Part shown: positions 25,401 through 37,832 of the stretch, in pieces
Layout: every line of letters starts with the position of its first letter
How positions within the stretch are numbered: the stretch's first letter is position 1
Assembly (NCBI GenBank): GCA_965202585.1
Contig: OZ241832.1
Span: 61,380,001 to 61,444,000, forward strand
Direction of reading: 5' to 3'
Source: Thalia democratica
Lineage: Eukaryota
DNA: 64,000 nt
Notes under the pieces: model-generated
The model's database searches: none
Told to the model about the DNA's origin: nothing
Seen by the model: only the letters and a program-made list of their open reading frames with translations
Made by a program: the position numbers and the translations under genes

Positions 25401-28400
25401 GTAATTCGAACGAGTGGATTTCCTATACAAATAATTGAAATTAATTATAATAATTTATATGATTATGTGCATTATTTGTTTATTCGGTGCTCCTGGTAAA
25501 TTGAACGAGTGGATTTCCTTAAAGAATTAAAAATTAATCAAAATATTCTAAATAATATTTATTGTATATATAGTTTGTTTGTAGGGCCCCTGGTAGGAAG
25601 AGTGGATCCCCTTGAAAAAAAGCTCAAATAACATAAATGTTGTGTACAATACCTTATTTTTGTTGGGTCTTGAAGCAAATAACAAAAAAAACTCTTGAAA
25701 CCATTAAAAGGTGACATCGCCACAGAATTAATTTCTTCAATTTATTTAACATGTTTACTAACCGGGCTGGCTTCAGCAATGGCATTATGGATCGGGTCTT
25801 GACTGGTGTGGATGATGGTCTGGTCCAAATCCACCAACAATATCAACTTTTCTTTCGAATGCAGGTAGTTCATCTCATCAGAGTGCATTTTCACTCCTTC
25901 CTGTTGTATTGAAATATATATTAATAAAAAAAAAATTAAATATATATTAAAAAATATAATAACAATAATATGTAAAATATTTTTATCAGTGTATCATAGA
26001 TTAATTTTAATAAACAAATTTGAAACAAACTTGAGCATTAATTTCTACATGAGGGTTGCTGGGATCCATTGAAATGTAACCAGGTCCTTTATGCACTCCC
26101 CTATTGTAAATAAACAAATATAACATAAAAACACCATACTTTACAACATGTATTTCAATACATCTTGTATTTCTTTTAAAAGTTAAATTGTATTTCCTAT
26201 ATAATATTATTAAACAAAATTTCTTTAAATGATATATAACCAGGTCCTCTATGTGTTCCTTTTTTAAAAGTTAAAGAAAATTTAAAATACAAACTGTACA
26301 ATACAGTAATATTATCAACAAAAAAATTATTTATTTAACTAGCACCAAGGAGATTAATAATAGTAATAGTTTTTTGATTGAAGTTATATGAAAACGGTAT
26401 AAATTTATAAATTTTACGAGTACACTACAATTCTTAATGTTTTTGTTTAAAACTAGAAAAAAGTCTAACACAATATTAATACTTTACCTTACTGAAAGAT
26501 AAATTACTTTTGTTTATTCTAAACAAATTTAAATTTAAAGTTGTAACTGTTACAATTTAAACCCAGCTCTTTAAAACTTTGTAGTAAATGAATTTTTATT
26601 TCACCCCACAGTATTTTGGATACTTATATTGAAACTACTTATATGAATTTTAGGAATTGATGGGTATGGTATAAATATTTTATTTCAAAAAATTCTTAAT
26701 AAAACAATGTTCTACTCTGTTTGATTTCTTTAGTTGTAATTAAATTTTTCTTTAAACAGTGTTCTACTTCTGATTTTAAATTCTACTTGCATTAGAAATT
26801 ATCATAACTGAAGATCTGTAGTAGAGTGAAACATTGTTTCACAATGGAATCTCTAAAACAAAACATTTACATCGCCTCTTAAATTTTAAACCTAACTTGA
26901 GAACTCTAATTTGTACAATTAAAGTCAATAGTATACAATAAACTTACTTTCTTAAATTTCTAGTTTAATAAATCACAATTTTAGCATTACTTACTAAATT
27001 ATTTACTAAACTTATAATTCAGATAATGAATTGATTTGTTTACTATTGATGTTTTAATTAATTTTTTTTTATAAGCACTGACGAGCTCTTTGCGCAAAAC
27101 ACTGTTTGCAGAATAAATTTTAGAAAAAATAAATAGTAGGTAGTGTTATAAATTTAAACACTAAGCTTTTTAGATATGCATTTAATAAAACTAATTCACA
27201 TAAACATACAACAAAATACTTACTTTGTTATATCTTCCGCGCAATTACAACACAACCCTTTAAACAAATTGAGATGTTTACATTCTTCAAAATCAAGGAA
27301 CTTTGCACTGAAAATATATTAGTTATTAAAAAAAAATAGTTGTTTACATTTCTCAAAATCAAGGAACTTCGCACTGAAAATATACTAGAATATTTTAAGA
27401 ATATTATAATCATATTTTTCTAATAATATAATTATTAGAATATTTATTCAATATATAAAATATATCACATACACTTAAGATAAAACAAAAGAATCAACAT
27501 GGATTGATAAACTTTTTTTAATGTTTAGTAATGCAACTCAATATATTGACTAAAGCAGATGTTAAGTAATATCTATTAACAGAATCATATTCCTATTATG
27601 AGTTTTAAATGATGTTTTTAATAAAGTAATTACACATTTTATAAATTGCCAGCAAAATCAAGGATCGATAAAAACTCAGGTAATATAATTTCTACCATAC
27701 TTTAAAATGTCTAAAAGCATGTAATTAGACTTTATAACAAAGAACTTACTAGATCAAATAGTTTTTAAAAAAATAAAGAATCTAAGAAATTTAAACAAAA
27801 TATATTTTAATTAAATGTTCCAACTACTCCAAATAAATGAGTAAAGTTTAAATTAAAATAGTGTAAAGTAGTATAAATATGTTTAAAAATTAACTTAAAA
27901 CTTATTAGTAGATTTTAGTTAGCTGCAGATTATATTATAATTATCTATAAAAAGGAACGAACACATAAACTAATTTTATATATGTCAGTTTATAATTCTG
28001 AAAAACCTTAACTAAAAAATATTATTTTTATCATATTTATTTTTCTACTCAAATTAAAGTTTTCAAAGAAAAAAAAATACAGTTTTTTAGAACATAGTTT
28101 TCAAATGCAGGTAAACTTGAAAGTCACCATTTCTTATTAGTTTCCATAAAAACATTTAGATAAAAGTAATAATTGATATTTTGTTATTTTTTTAATTATC
28201 TTCTACTTAAGTACTTATTTCATTTTTGTTTCTATCATTAACTGGTTTTTTTAGATTCTATAAAAGTACACTTGTTGTAATTACAAAACACATAGCCAAT
28301 TTTGGTGGATAGTTGACATAACATTATTATTTTTTTTGTTATTATATTATACATTGACAAAAAAATAATACAATTTCTTTAATAACAATTCTAAACATTT

Positions 28401-28786
28401 GGTTATTAAATTGTTGTTGTTAATAAGTAGTTACCATACTTTGAACAACAGTTCAGGTATGTTTGTTGTGAATGGGATATACTTATTAATAGAATTAAAT
28501 TTCAAAAAAAATAATGCAAATGTCTTTAATAAAAGTAGTACTTCAGAAATAATTGAACTATTCTACACAAAGCAACAAACCCTGGTGTAAGGGCTTGTCC
28601 AGCTTTGAAGAGCAGCTCAGTAATGCATGTGGCAAACGGTGGCTTGGCGGAGTAAATGTGCTCGCTTTTATCAAGAGCATCATTTAGCTTTCTGTACTTG
28701 AAAAACTCCGTCTTCCTGTCTATCTTGTCTCCAACTTTGACCAGCAGCTGGGTTATTCTGACTGGTTCGTTCAAATTTAAGTTCAT
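10389..28786 (-). CDS. CTDP1: RNA polymerase II subunit A C-terminal domain phosphatase (FCP1/CTDP1), 17 coding exons, about 722 aa
   Basis: Exons in transcription order: 28581-28786, 27224-27307, 26031-26100, 25763-25900, 25101-25234, 24212-24325, 23671-23783, 22567-22610, 22274-22346, 21037-21174, 19890-20041, 18924-19046, 17739-17866, 16357-16451, 15537-15646, 13821-14017, 10389-10638. All are GT-AG, phases are consistent and the total is 2169 nt. Hallmark motifs: CKHLNLFKGLCCNCA; KLILLVDLDQTIIHT (DxDxT catalytic motif); HTKLRP..FL; RILSRDEC; MVCMIDDRNDVW; GSGDINDP; DNDTYLNILGGILNKVHEEYY; a BRCT domain (NCNLAFTGVVP...TTHLI...IVTEKWLWKC..TWQK); acidic tail ending DEDMKNILGEFC*. The exact exon 16 donor and exon 17 acceptor are ambiguous by a few nt. 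Confidence 0.96.
11205..11732. repeat. Degenerate array of an approximately 30-bp unit (TTCAAAATTCCAGGTTTTTCAGTGATTTTTG), related to hAT-like MITE subterminal repeats
   Basis: About 17 degenerate units, ending in TTGGCAAATCTG. The same AAATTCCAGGTTTT motifs precede the GTGGCAACCCTG end of the elements finishing at 31915 and 38165. Confidence 0.8.
11745..13852. repeat. 50-bp minisatellite, about 41-42 copies; unit = FCP1 exon 16 3' end plus splice donor
   Basis: The plus-strand unit CCGCCCCAAATATTTACAAAACAACCAACTCTCTTATGAATTTCTCCTTC repeats with period 50 (occasionally 51). The last copy is continuous with the coding exon (NILGGKEKFIR). Confidence 0.97.
14897..15311. mobile_element. hAT-like MITE
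   Basis: Imperfect TIRs CAGCGGTTCTTAACCT ... GGGTTAAGGATCACTG with subterminal TAAATTTACCCC motifs. No clean 8-bp TSD. Confidence 0.6.
15956..16161. mobile_element. Short insertion with a 13-bp target-site duplication containing a perfect 56-bp inverted repeat
   Basis: TTTAACCAATCAA occurs at 15956-15968 and 16149-16161. Arms 16032-16087 and 16096-16151 are exact reverse complements around an 8-nt loop. Confidence 0.75.
17182..17511. mobile_element. MITE with 8-bp TSD and GG termini (Merlin-like)
   Basis: AAGTTAGA flanks both ends (17174-17181 and 17512-17519). The ends are imperfectly inverted, with repeated TTGCAC/GTGCAA subterminal motifs. The superfamily is inferred from the 8-bp TSD and GG termini. 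Confidence 0.7.
20554..20699 (+). mobile_element. 5'-truncated non-LTR retroposon-like insert, copy 1
   Basis: 14-bp TSD ATATTTTTGTTACC (20540-20553 and 20700-20713). The segment 20623-20698 is identical to 36402-36477. Confidence 0.65.
23265..23720. repeat. Degenerate tandem array, period about 51 bp, 8-9 copies; unit = FCP1 exon 7 3' end plus donor
   Basis: Unit AACTAACCAGGGAAATATGAATACTTTTTAACTTTGATGACATTATTTTC. Copies lie at about 23317, 23368, 23419, 23467, 23519, 23571 and 23619, with the real junction at 23671. Confidence 0.9.
25255..25620. repeat. Four degenerate tandem copies of the FCP1 exon 5 acceptor plus 5' end
   Basis: The motif CCCCTGGTAATTTGAACGAGTGGATTTCCT recurs at about 90-100 bp spacing upstream of the real exon start (25234). 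Confidence 0.9.
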
Positions 28787-30158
28787 GGTTTAATCTATTG
28801 CTGAAAATTTGAGTTTTGCAATAAATTGTCTTTGAGTAAAATTATATCAAACACAAAATATAGATAGCTATGATTTGTTTTGCTTTAGATAAGTTAATAT
28901 TAAATTTGGGTAAATTAAGTTTTGTAGTTTAAGTTTTAGCTCTTTTAAGGTTTATTTAGTACAACTAAGTTTCACTGCTTAACTACAGATCATTGGGAGA
29001 AGTAAACTATCAATGATATAAAACACGTTATGCATGGATAGTTTTATAAACTTATAATTAGTAACAATTAATAATTATAAATATTAAGTATTTTTCAGTG
29101 TTAGGATAAAACTCAATTAAACATTTACAACTAAATCAAACTTTTAAAAAAGTTAAAATACAAAAAAAAAAACAATCAAAACACACAATTATAATACAAA
29201 AAAAAGATTTAAAATAAGACAATTTGCAATGAGGGCATAAGGCAGCAAGCTCTTCAAAATTAACTTAAAATGTATCACCTTTATTTTTTTTATCTAGAGA
29301 CCTCAAAATCACAGATTTAAAATAGAGGTTTTTTTAAGTACAATCTTAAACTTAATTTAAAAGACAAAAACATTGTTGTATTTCAAATATTTTATTTATT
29401 AAAAATATCTTCATGTTGAAAGTATGAAATATGAGTAATTCACTTACAATTAAGATTTAAACAGATTACATTAAAAATAAAGGAGAACCTTTAACTTTAG
29501 TAGAAAGGTCTTTTTCCCCTTTCTAATTTGCACATTCCATAACAAATCTATTGAACTCACCTATTTTTCTTTTAAAAATAGAAAATTTTTGAATTTGTTT
29601 AGAAAGTACTTAATATGTAAAATAAAACTCTACAAACAAGATCAACTAGTTAAAACAAGGGGGGCCCTTCTATAGTTATGCAGTTTTATTAGTTTTAAAA
29701 TAAAAATTTTTTGATATGTATAAATATAATGTGTGTATAATTTTGACCTTTATGGCACAGTTGGCATACATATTTCTATATTATTTTAGTTTTAATTTAA
29801 ACATTATTATAGCAAACGACACCAAAGCAAAAAAGTCTTAGATAAACTTTTAGTTTAATTCACATGACCAGTTTTAGGTTTAAAATTTTAGTAAAATGAT
29901 AGTGTTTAACATTAGAAACAATGTATAATTAAAAATAAACACACTAACAAATCTGTTGAAATCTGGTACAATAACTGATTGTTTTGAATTTTCATAAAAC
30001 TAGCTAACTTTTTTTTAAGTAGAATATACAAAAAAAAACATGGTCAGTTAAAATGCAATAAGAAACAATGGTTTAAAATAACACAACTCTTACTTTAATA
30101 AACCAAAACTGTTTTTAGTTAAAAGAACAATATCGTTTTACAAAAAAGATTATTGGTA

Positions 30159-30838
30159 CAATGCTTAAACACTTATCCGGACACGTTGGGCAAGATTTTT
30201 CTGTAAACATGTCCGGATAAGTCTAAAAAATCAATCTTTCATATAATAATATAACTGCCCTAAATTATGCAATGTATAATAAAAGTGTTACTATAAATAC
30301 AAATATATAGTAATTGTGAGTAATGTATAATAAGGTGATAAATAATAAAAATTAAATTTTAAATTAACTAATTCATTTTTTTCAAGTAGAAAAACATCAG
30401 ACTTACTAACCTCTGCAACGATATACATTATTTGAGGGTCAAGCAAGTATAATTAATCATTTGTAATTCCACCTGCCCTAATTATTAATTTTGAAAAAAG
30501 ATTTTTTTAAGAGAAAATATTTAAAAAAAATTAATTGATTAAATAAAAAACTTATACACTTATACTTTACATGCTTACAGATTAATGATAACTAAGCTAG
30601 TTTTGAACAAAGATAGAATGTAATCTTTGGTAGTAATATTATTACATCATAAAAATATAAAAAATTGTAGAAATTAAAAAATCACTTTAAAATTTCTTAC
30701 AGAGTTAGAGCTTAAATATTTATATCTTACATAAATGTTAGAGTTTAACAAAGAATTTTTTGAATATTTTTCTGACTTAAACTGTCCGGATAAGTGAGCG
30801 TCAGGATAAGTGAAGTCCAGATAAGTGAATAAGCACTG
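30159..30838. mobile_element. Tc1/mariner (pogo/Tigger-like) MITE
   Basis: TA flanks at 30157-30158 and 30839-30840. TIRs CAATGCTTAAACACTTATCCGGAC and GTCCAGATAAGTGAATAAGCACTG, with repeated subterminal GGATAAGTG motifs. Confidence 0.75.
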
Positions 30839-31538
30839 TAGTAAAAATTTTAAAAAATTAAGTAAACTAGTTAATAATAATATAGAATACAAAAGTTAAC
30901 TGAAAAATTACAAACAATTTTTATGTATAGCTAAAATATATTTTTACCAAAACTAATTATACAAAGCAATTGTTTGAGTTATTAAAATATGTTATTAAAA
31001 AAAGTATTCAACATCCTATGTAAAACTTTTTTGTTGTAGAGGGAATAGTGAGACTAATGTACCTTTAGCTTAAAAAATTTAAATACCACAGGGTGGCCAC
31101 TGGTTTTTTCTTTTTTTTTAGGTTTATGACTTTATTCCAGATCTTTAAGTACAGGTTTTCTTGTCCCTTTACATTAAAAATTTAGCTCTTGATAAAAAAT
31201 TGATTATTTGTTAATGTAAAATTGTTAAAAACTACTAAAAACAAAATGTTTCATATATTTTAAAAAGCCAGCTTGAGTTAATCAAAAATGTTCAACTGGC
31301 TTGAGTTATTCTGATTAACTTGAAAGTGTGAGAGCTTTTCAATGATAGTGTAAACTTTTTATAAACAAATCTTAACATTGCCTTTAATTAGTATAAAATA
31401 AATAAAAAATTTTTAAAACAAGAAAAATGATCAAAATTAGAAATACCAGATTATTAAAAACTTTTACTTGTTATAGTTTACTTATATATTTATATAACTT
31501 ACTACTCATTAGTTAATATACTACACCATTAGTATATA

Positions 31539-31915
31539 CAAGGATGCCACTTGTTTTACAAATTTTTTTTCAGGTTTTTCAAATTTCTTCCAGGTTTTTA
31601 AAAGTACACATTTTTGGGTCTACTTTTAGATTAAAGTTAAATTTAAAGTAAGAAACTGTGCTAAATAGTATAAAAATATTGAAAAGATACTGTAAAGCTA
31701 CTTAAAATGTGTTTTTTAAGAAAAAAATTTTTGGTAACGACTTAAGATGTTAAAGTTCTTAAAAATTCCAGGTTTCTCCAGGTTTTTTAGTCAAAATTCC
31801 AGGTTTTTCCAGGTTTTTTTCAAAATTTCTTAAATTCCAGGTTTTTCCAGGTGTTTTTTGCCTAAATTGTCAAATTCCAGGTTTTTCCAGAATTCCAAGT
31901 AAAGTGGCAACCCTG
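31539..31915. mobile_element. hAT-like MITE (CAGGG(T/A)TGCCAC-type ends)
   Basis: Ends CAAGGATGCCAC ... GTGGCAACCCTG with AAATTCCAGGTTTTT subterminal repeats. A further left-end-like CAGGGTGGCCAC lies at 31089, and a second truncated copy lies at 37833-38165. Confidence 0.7.
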
Positions 31916-32080
31916 TATATAATACATGTTGGTAACAATAACTGTTATTTTATGATGATAATATACAGTATTGAGATATAATGTACCACTTTTTTTACAA
32001 GATATACAGGTTAATAGCAATACCAACCTAAATTGTTTAGTTTTTAGCTTCAGTAAAAATTTCTAATTAAACCATTTTGA

Positions 32081-33534
32081 GGACATAGGGAGTCAACACT
32101 TTTTTATACAAAAATTAACTTTAGCTTTTATATGAAAGCATTAAGTACAAACTACAGGCCACTTTATATAGAATTTAAAAAGCCATCAACTTATGAGATA
32201 TTTTATTTTTGTAAAAAGTTTCCAATACAAACGTATGGACCACAAAATTTTTGGGGTCAATTTTCTCAGAAATTTTAAAAATCACTAGAAATCTATCTCC
32301 TCCTTTGATTCTTAAGCAATCTTTTTTATATTTTTAGAAAATTTTTCTTTTATCTTAAGAAAAAAATGTTACTTATGAATTTTAATAATTTATAAAAATA
32401 AAATTTTATAACAAAAATTAAAATAAAAAGTCTTTTTTTTTAAGTCTTGAACTTTTTTAAAGCCCAAAGCAAGGTTTTTTTATTCTTTAAAGATTAGACT
32501 GTGAAATTTTGAAGAAAATTGCTTGAAAAATGCAGGAGGAGATAGATTTTAAATTAAATAGTCTTTTTTGCTGTTTTAGTTTTCCCTTTCCATAGGGAAC
32601 CTATTGTAGAGCCCGACTTTGACCTGTCATATTTTAAAAAATAATTTGACTTTTTTTAAAGGTAAAAAGCAACTTGAAGCTTAGAAAAAACTCTATAAAA
32701 TAACATCAACTTGTAAAAAACATGGCTAACCCCCCTATGGCCTTAAATAGCTTATAAAAGGTTTGTTTCTGTTAAGGGATTATTTTTTTGTTATTTATTA
32801 TTAAGAAACTAATTATTCATTGAGGCCATAGGTGGGTAAGCCATGTTTTTTAGAAGTTTTGTAAAGTTTTTACTAAGCTACCTTTTACTGCTCAAAAAAT
32901 TCAAATTAGTTTTTAAGATATAACCGGTCAAAGTGAGCCCCATAACATGTTACCTATGGGAAGGGAAAACTAATACAGCAAAAAATACTATTTTGTTTAA
33001 AATCTATTTCCTCCTACATTTTTCAAGCAATCTTCTTTAAACATTCTTAGTTTAAAGAACATTATTTATCCTTATAGAATAACAAAAAAAAAACTTACTT
33101 TGGAACTTAAAATTTTAAGTAAAAGTTCCTTTTTTTTCAAACAAACACATTTTTTTGTCATTTTTTTTTTCAATTATTAAAAATTATGAGTAAATTAGAA
33201 GTAATATAATGTGAGGAACATTTCCTGAAAATTTAAAGAAGATTGCTTTAAAAATGTAAGAGGAAATAGATTTTAAACAAAATAGTATTTTTTGCTGTAT
33301 TAGTTTTGCTGTATTAGATTTTTAGTTTTTTTTAACTTCCGAGAAAATTGACCACAAAAAAATTGCGGTTCATATGTTTGTATCTATACTTTTTTACAAA
33401 TAATAAAATATCTCAGAAGTTAAATGATGTTTTTAAATTCATTAAAACTGGCTTGTAATTTGTACCAAGCTTTTATATAAATACCTAAGCCATTTTTGGT
33501 AAAAAAAAGTGTTGGACCCCCTCCCCCTATGGCC
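32081..33534. mobile_element. Two inverted copies of an approximately 0.7 kb MITE (32081-32742 and 32824-33534), Kolobok-like
   Basis: Each unit has GG(A/C)CATAGG ... CCTATGGCC termini beside TTAA-like tetramers. The interiors are reverse complements of each other (for example GGTCAATTTTCTC vs GAGAAAATTGACC). The superfamily is inferred from the termini only. Confidence 0.7.
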
Positions 33535-36390
33535 CTAAGTATTTAGCTATTAAGTTCACAAAAACAAATAACAATTAAATTATCATTGTAAAACATAATT
33601 TAAAAACAATTCGAAAACTCAAGATTTTCAAGTATTTTTTTTTAAACTTCTGGATTTTTTCACTACTTGTTTTTGAAACTTTAGGTTTTTAAATGACTTT
33701 TGTTTAAAGTTTTAGGGTTCTTCCAAAATGTAAAAAACTTCTAGATTTTCCACATTTCCATGTTTATTGGCCATTTGGCTATTAGCCATTATTAGTTATG
33801 GATAAATGCTTAAATTACATTGTAGAACATTATTTATTTAAATATCTAACCTACAAAACTTAAATGCTTTACTTACCAACCTTTTAAGTTGTTTTAGAGT
33901 TTGTGAATGATGTTTTTAAACAAAAAACATTATACACTGCTTTATTTATTAATTATAGTGTATATATAACTTTTAGTGTACACAAATATCATAAACCTAG
34001 TTTTTTAAAAACTGAATAATACTGTAAGTATATATGGTCTTATACTACATTACTTTTTGGTTTAAAAAAGATATGTCTTCCACATTATATGTAAGATAAT
34101 ATATAACTATAATTGTGGGAGTAAAATATATAAATATATCTCAGAAACTTAAGGTTTGAAAGTTAAAAATTGACTAGTGACTACACAATTGGATTGTTGA
34201 TGTGTTTTTGTTGCAGTGTCAGAAAATACTTGCTTGGGGATTTGAGCTTCATGATTTTTCCACACTTTGTGGTTTTCAGTGTTGAAAGTTTAACCTTGTG
34301 AGTGTTTGCCAAATGACTTGTCACCAAAGGGATTTTTTTTTTCTCAGATAAATAGATAGTTTTTCACTTTATGTTTTTTGGTTAGTTTAATGTTAATTTT
34401 AAAGGGGCAGTTAGAACTACAATTGCTTGATGTTCAAAAAAAGTTTGTCTTTATAGAAGGTAGAGAAAGTCTGCTATTTTTCTACCATAAAAAAATTGTA
34501 GAACTATTTTACTTTTAAAAAATTCAACTAGTATTTTTGAATATTAAAAGTATTAGTTGGTATTTATTACTTAGTTATAATGCATTGCATTTCAATAAAT
34601 ACAATGTCTAACAAAATTATTAGTTTAGGATAAGAGGTTTGGCTTTACTTATTTTGATTTTTTTTAATCTGTAAAAGCAACTTGTAGCTTGGTTAAAACT
34701 TAATAAAATAAAACTAAATTGTGAAAAAGGTGTTTCATTCCCTATTCCTTTAAAAAATCTTTTTTATCTCCATTACCTTCTGTGCATTGCTTTTAAACCA
34801 ATGCAATAGTCTACCATAAAGCTTGGACAAGCAAAAAAAATAGTGGCACCATAAATTATAGTTTTATTTTCTAATTCAAAAGTGAACAATTTATAAAAAA
34901 AGATATAATTATTACCATTTCATTAAACCCAAAATTTAATAATTGTATCACTTATTTGAAGAAATTAAAATGTGCAAGTGTACTGTATTTATAAATTTAA
35001 AGCTTAATTTTTCTTAGTATTTAAATTTTTGTAATAAATTATTACAATAAACCATTAATGGTTTTCTTGAACAATAAAAGCACTGAAAATATTTGGTCCT
35101 AAGACCTGGTGCATAAACAACCTTTTGGTTATCGAAAACCATTCACATTGAACTCAATGACATCTCAAATAATAAATTTTGATTCAACTATTGAAAGCCT
35201 GTACAACTTTAATTTATTTTAATTAATTGTGTTTAGTATTATTTATTGTATTTAATCCTTAACCATTTTCATTGAAACTTAACTCTTAATACCAGTTTAA
35301 CCATTAGTTGTGAATATTATAAAATAAATCATATATACACCACTCAAATCCCCTAAAAAGACCATTTGGAAAACACCATTAACATGTGCAAAACACAATT
35401 TCCAAAAACCAGAATGTATAGATAGAATTGTTATAGCTGCAGATATAAACTATAATATAACATAAAGAAAATATTTTTAATTAAAATTAATGAATTTTCT
35501 GTTAAACTAATTTAATATATAAATTAAAATATGTATAATATTATTCTAAATTGCGCGCTTACTGATTATTTTAATTAAAAAAGTAGTAAACTGCTTTAAT
35601 ATAAATTACCCTAACATGCATTTTTAAAACTTGCAAGTAGCGGTAAAACCTAGGTGGAAAAATTTAAAAACTAAATGTCTATTTACTTTATCTACAATAA
35701 GAACAAATTTATAAAAAAAATTGAAGTATAAGCGCTAACAAAAAATCCTGAATGCAAACTTTTCTATTTTTTAAAAAAATAAATAAGTTTCTACTACTAA
35801 GCAAAAAGTAAATTATAAACAAAAAATAAGTTTATCTGTAACTTTATACATCTATCTTATTTATACTACAAAAATTATAAAATTCAACGTTTAAGTTTAG
35901 CTTTAAAAATAACATACTAAAACATTATTTGTAAACTCGAAAAGCATATTGTTTCAATATGTTACTAAGAAATAACATTTTTAATTAGTTTGTAGCAAAG
36001 TTAAAAAAATTAGCCAAAGACAAAATACTAATTAGAAGTAATTAGTTGGTGTACTTTAACAATAAAGTATTTTTTTATAAATTATACCAATGTTTTAGAT
36101 AAACTTAAACTAATTAAAGTTTAAAAAAATAATTAAATAAAAGACACGTTTGCACTATTTTAGCGAATTTTACGCTTGCTAATTTTTTAAACAACCATAA
36201 AACTGGCTTTATTCGATTTTTATTAAAAGGCATAGTTGTCAAAAACTAATTTTACTATGCCAATTAAACACTAAAATCTAAAATAAACTTCATTTTGTAT
36301 TAACTTATCATGTCATGCTCAATTAGTTGTGTGGCCTTGTTTTCATTTTAATCTGGTAGTTATAAAGACAAGTGACAATAAATAAAGTAT

Positions 36391-36476
36391 CCAATTCCAA
36401 TATATTGGATATAAATCTCCTTAAAGACATTTAAGTCGAGAACTTTAAATTGTTTGATTTAAAACAAGTTACATTA
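36391..36476 (+). mobile_element. 5'-truncated non-LTR retroposon-like insert, copy 2
   Basis: 12-bp TSD TAAATAAAGTAT (36379-36390 and 36477-36488). It shares 76 identical bp and the same 3' end with the insert at 20554-20699. Confidence 0.65.
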
Positions 36477-37662
36477 TAAATAAAGTATTACTAGAACCTT
36501 CTAAAATTTTAGATATAAATGATAAAGTTTACAGTTTTAGATTACAGTTTTCAAATTTTGTCAGAAGAAAAAAAAATAAAAGCTTTTGTAAATATTTAGG
36601 TACTTATTTTAAACTAACAACAGTATAATTTTAATGGGTACTATTGTGTTCGATTTTAAGCTTAAATGCTTATAACAGATACTGTTAGAGTAAAAATAAT
36701 TATTAATGTAAACTAGGTTTTACCAAAGTGGGCCAAGTGTCCCCCTTGGGGTCATAAGCAGTAAAAGGGGCAAAGAGATGGCATATCCCAATATCAAGAA
36801 CAACTTAAATTATTTTAGCATTTTAATCATTTGAGACTATTTAAATAAAGAAAATGAATAATAGCTGTAGTGGGTGAACTTGTTTTTTTTTTTCATTAGT
36901 AAAAGCAGAAAATCGCTTTACTCTACAAAAGAGAGTAGCTTTTTAATGAGAGTATTATATATATCTTTAATAAAAAACTAAATTTTAACTTAAAAAAAAC
37001 ATTTTAGGGTTTTCTCTAGCAAATCAAGATCAAATTTAGAAACTTACACTAGATATTCTGAAGTTGCTGATGAATAGCTAAAAAAAAGGTCTTATGTGTT
37101 TTTAGTGATAGTTTTGAAACTTACACTAGATATTCTTGAGTTGTTGATAAAAAGCAAAAAATGTTTTAGGTGGTTATAATGGTACAAGGGGGGCATAGCC
37201 TTTTTAATTTCTTTAAAATTGCCATTAGAAAATTTTTTAGGAAACCTTGATGTAAATTAAACTATACTGACTGAATAAGCTAGTTATTTGTCGTAATTAC
37301 AGTTTATTTTGTTTATTATACTTAAGTCTATTAACTATTAGAGAAGCGAACTATTTTATCTGACATACCACGATATGAACATCAGAACAAAAAAAAACTG
37401 TTTTTAAGTTATAACAATATTCTAACACTATTTAGATATTTTATTTATCTAATTTCAAAATTTTGGAGTCAATAAAAGCAATGCAAGTTACTTGAGGTTT
37501 TTATAATGTTTACATTTAACACTGCTTACACTTAATTCCATTTTATAAATTACTAAATTAAATACTTAAAAAATATAAAAAACTATTAATAGCAAAACAA
37601 ACAAGAAATCTAATTCTTATAGTTTTATTCCTATAACAATCAAACAAACAGTTTTCACACAA

Positions 37663-37831
37663 TTAATCATAAAAAACTGTTCTGCAAACGGGACATGTGG
37701 TTTTCTGTTGGCGAACCATCGTTCGATGCAGACCTGACAGAAAGCGTGGCGGCCGTCGCAGTCGAGGCGCGTCATGCTTCTACCGAGTTCAACATTCACC
37801 ATGCATATGACGTCACCATGCATATGACGCA
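37663..37831 (-). pseudogene. Disrupted RING-finger (C3HC4-like) coding fragment
   Basis: Repaired translation: CVICMVNVELGRSMTRLDCDGRHAFCQVCIERWFANRxTTCPVCRTVFYD*. A 17-bp-period tandem duplication (37796-37828) introduces a stop, and one base is missing in an A run before TTCPVCR. It is a GC-rich island whose 5' end abuts a truncated repeat at 37833. Confidence 0.75.
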
Positions 37832-37832
37832 C

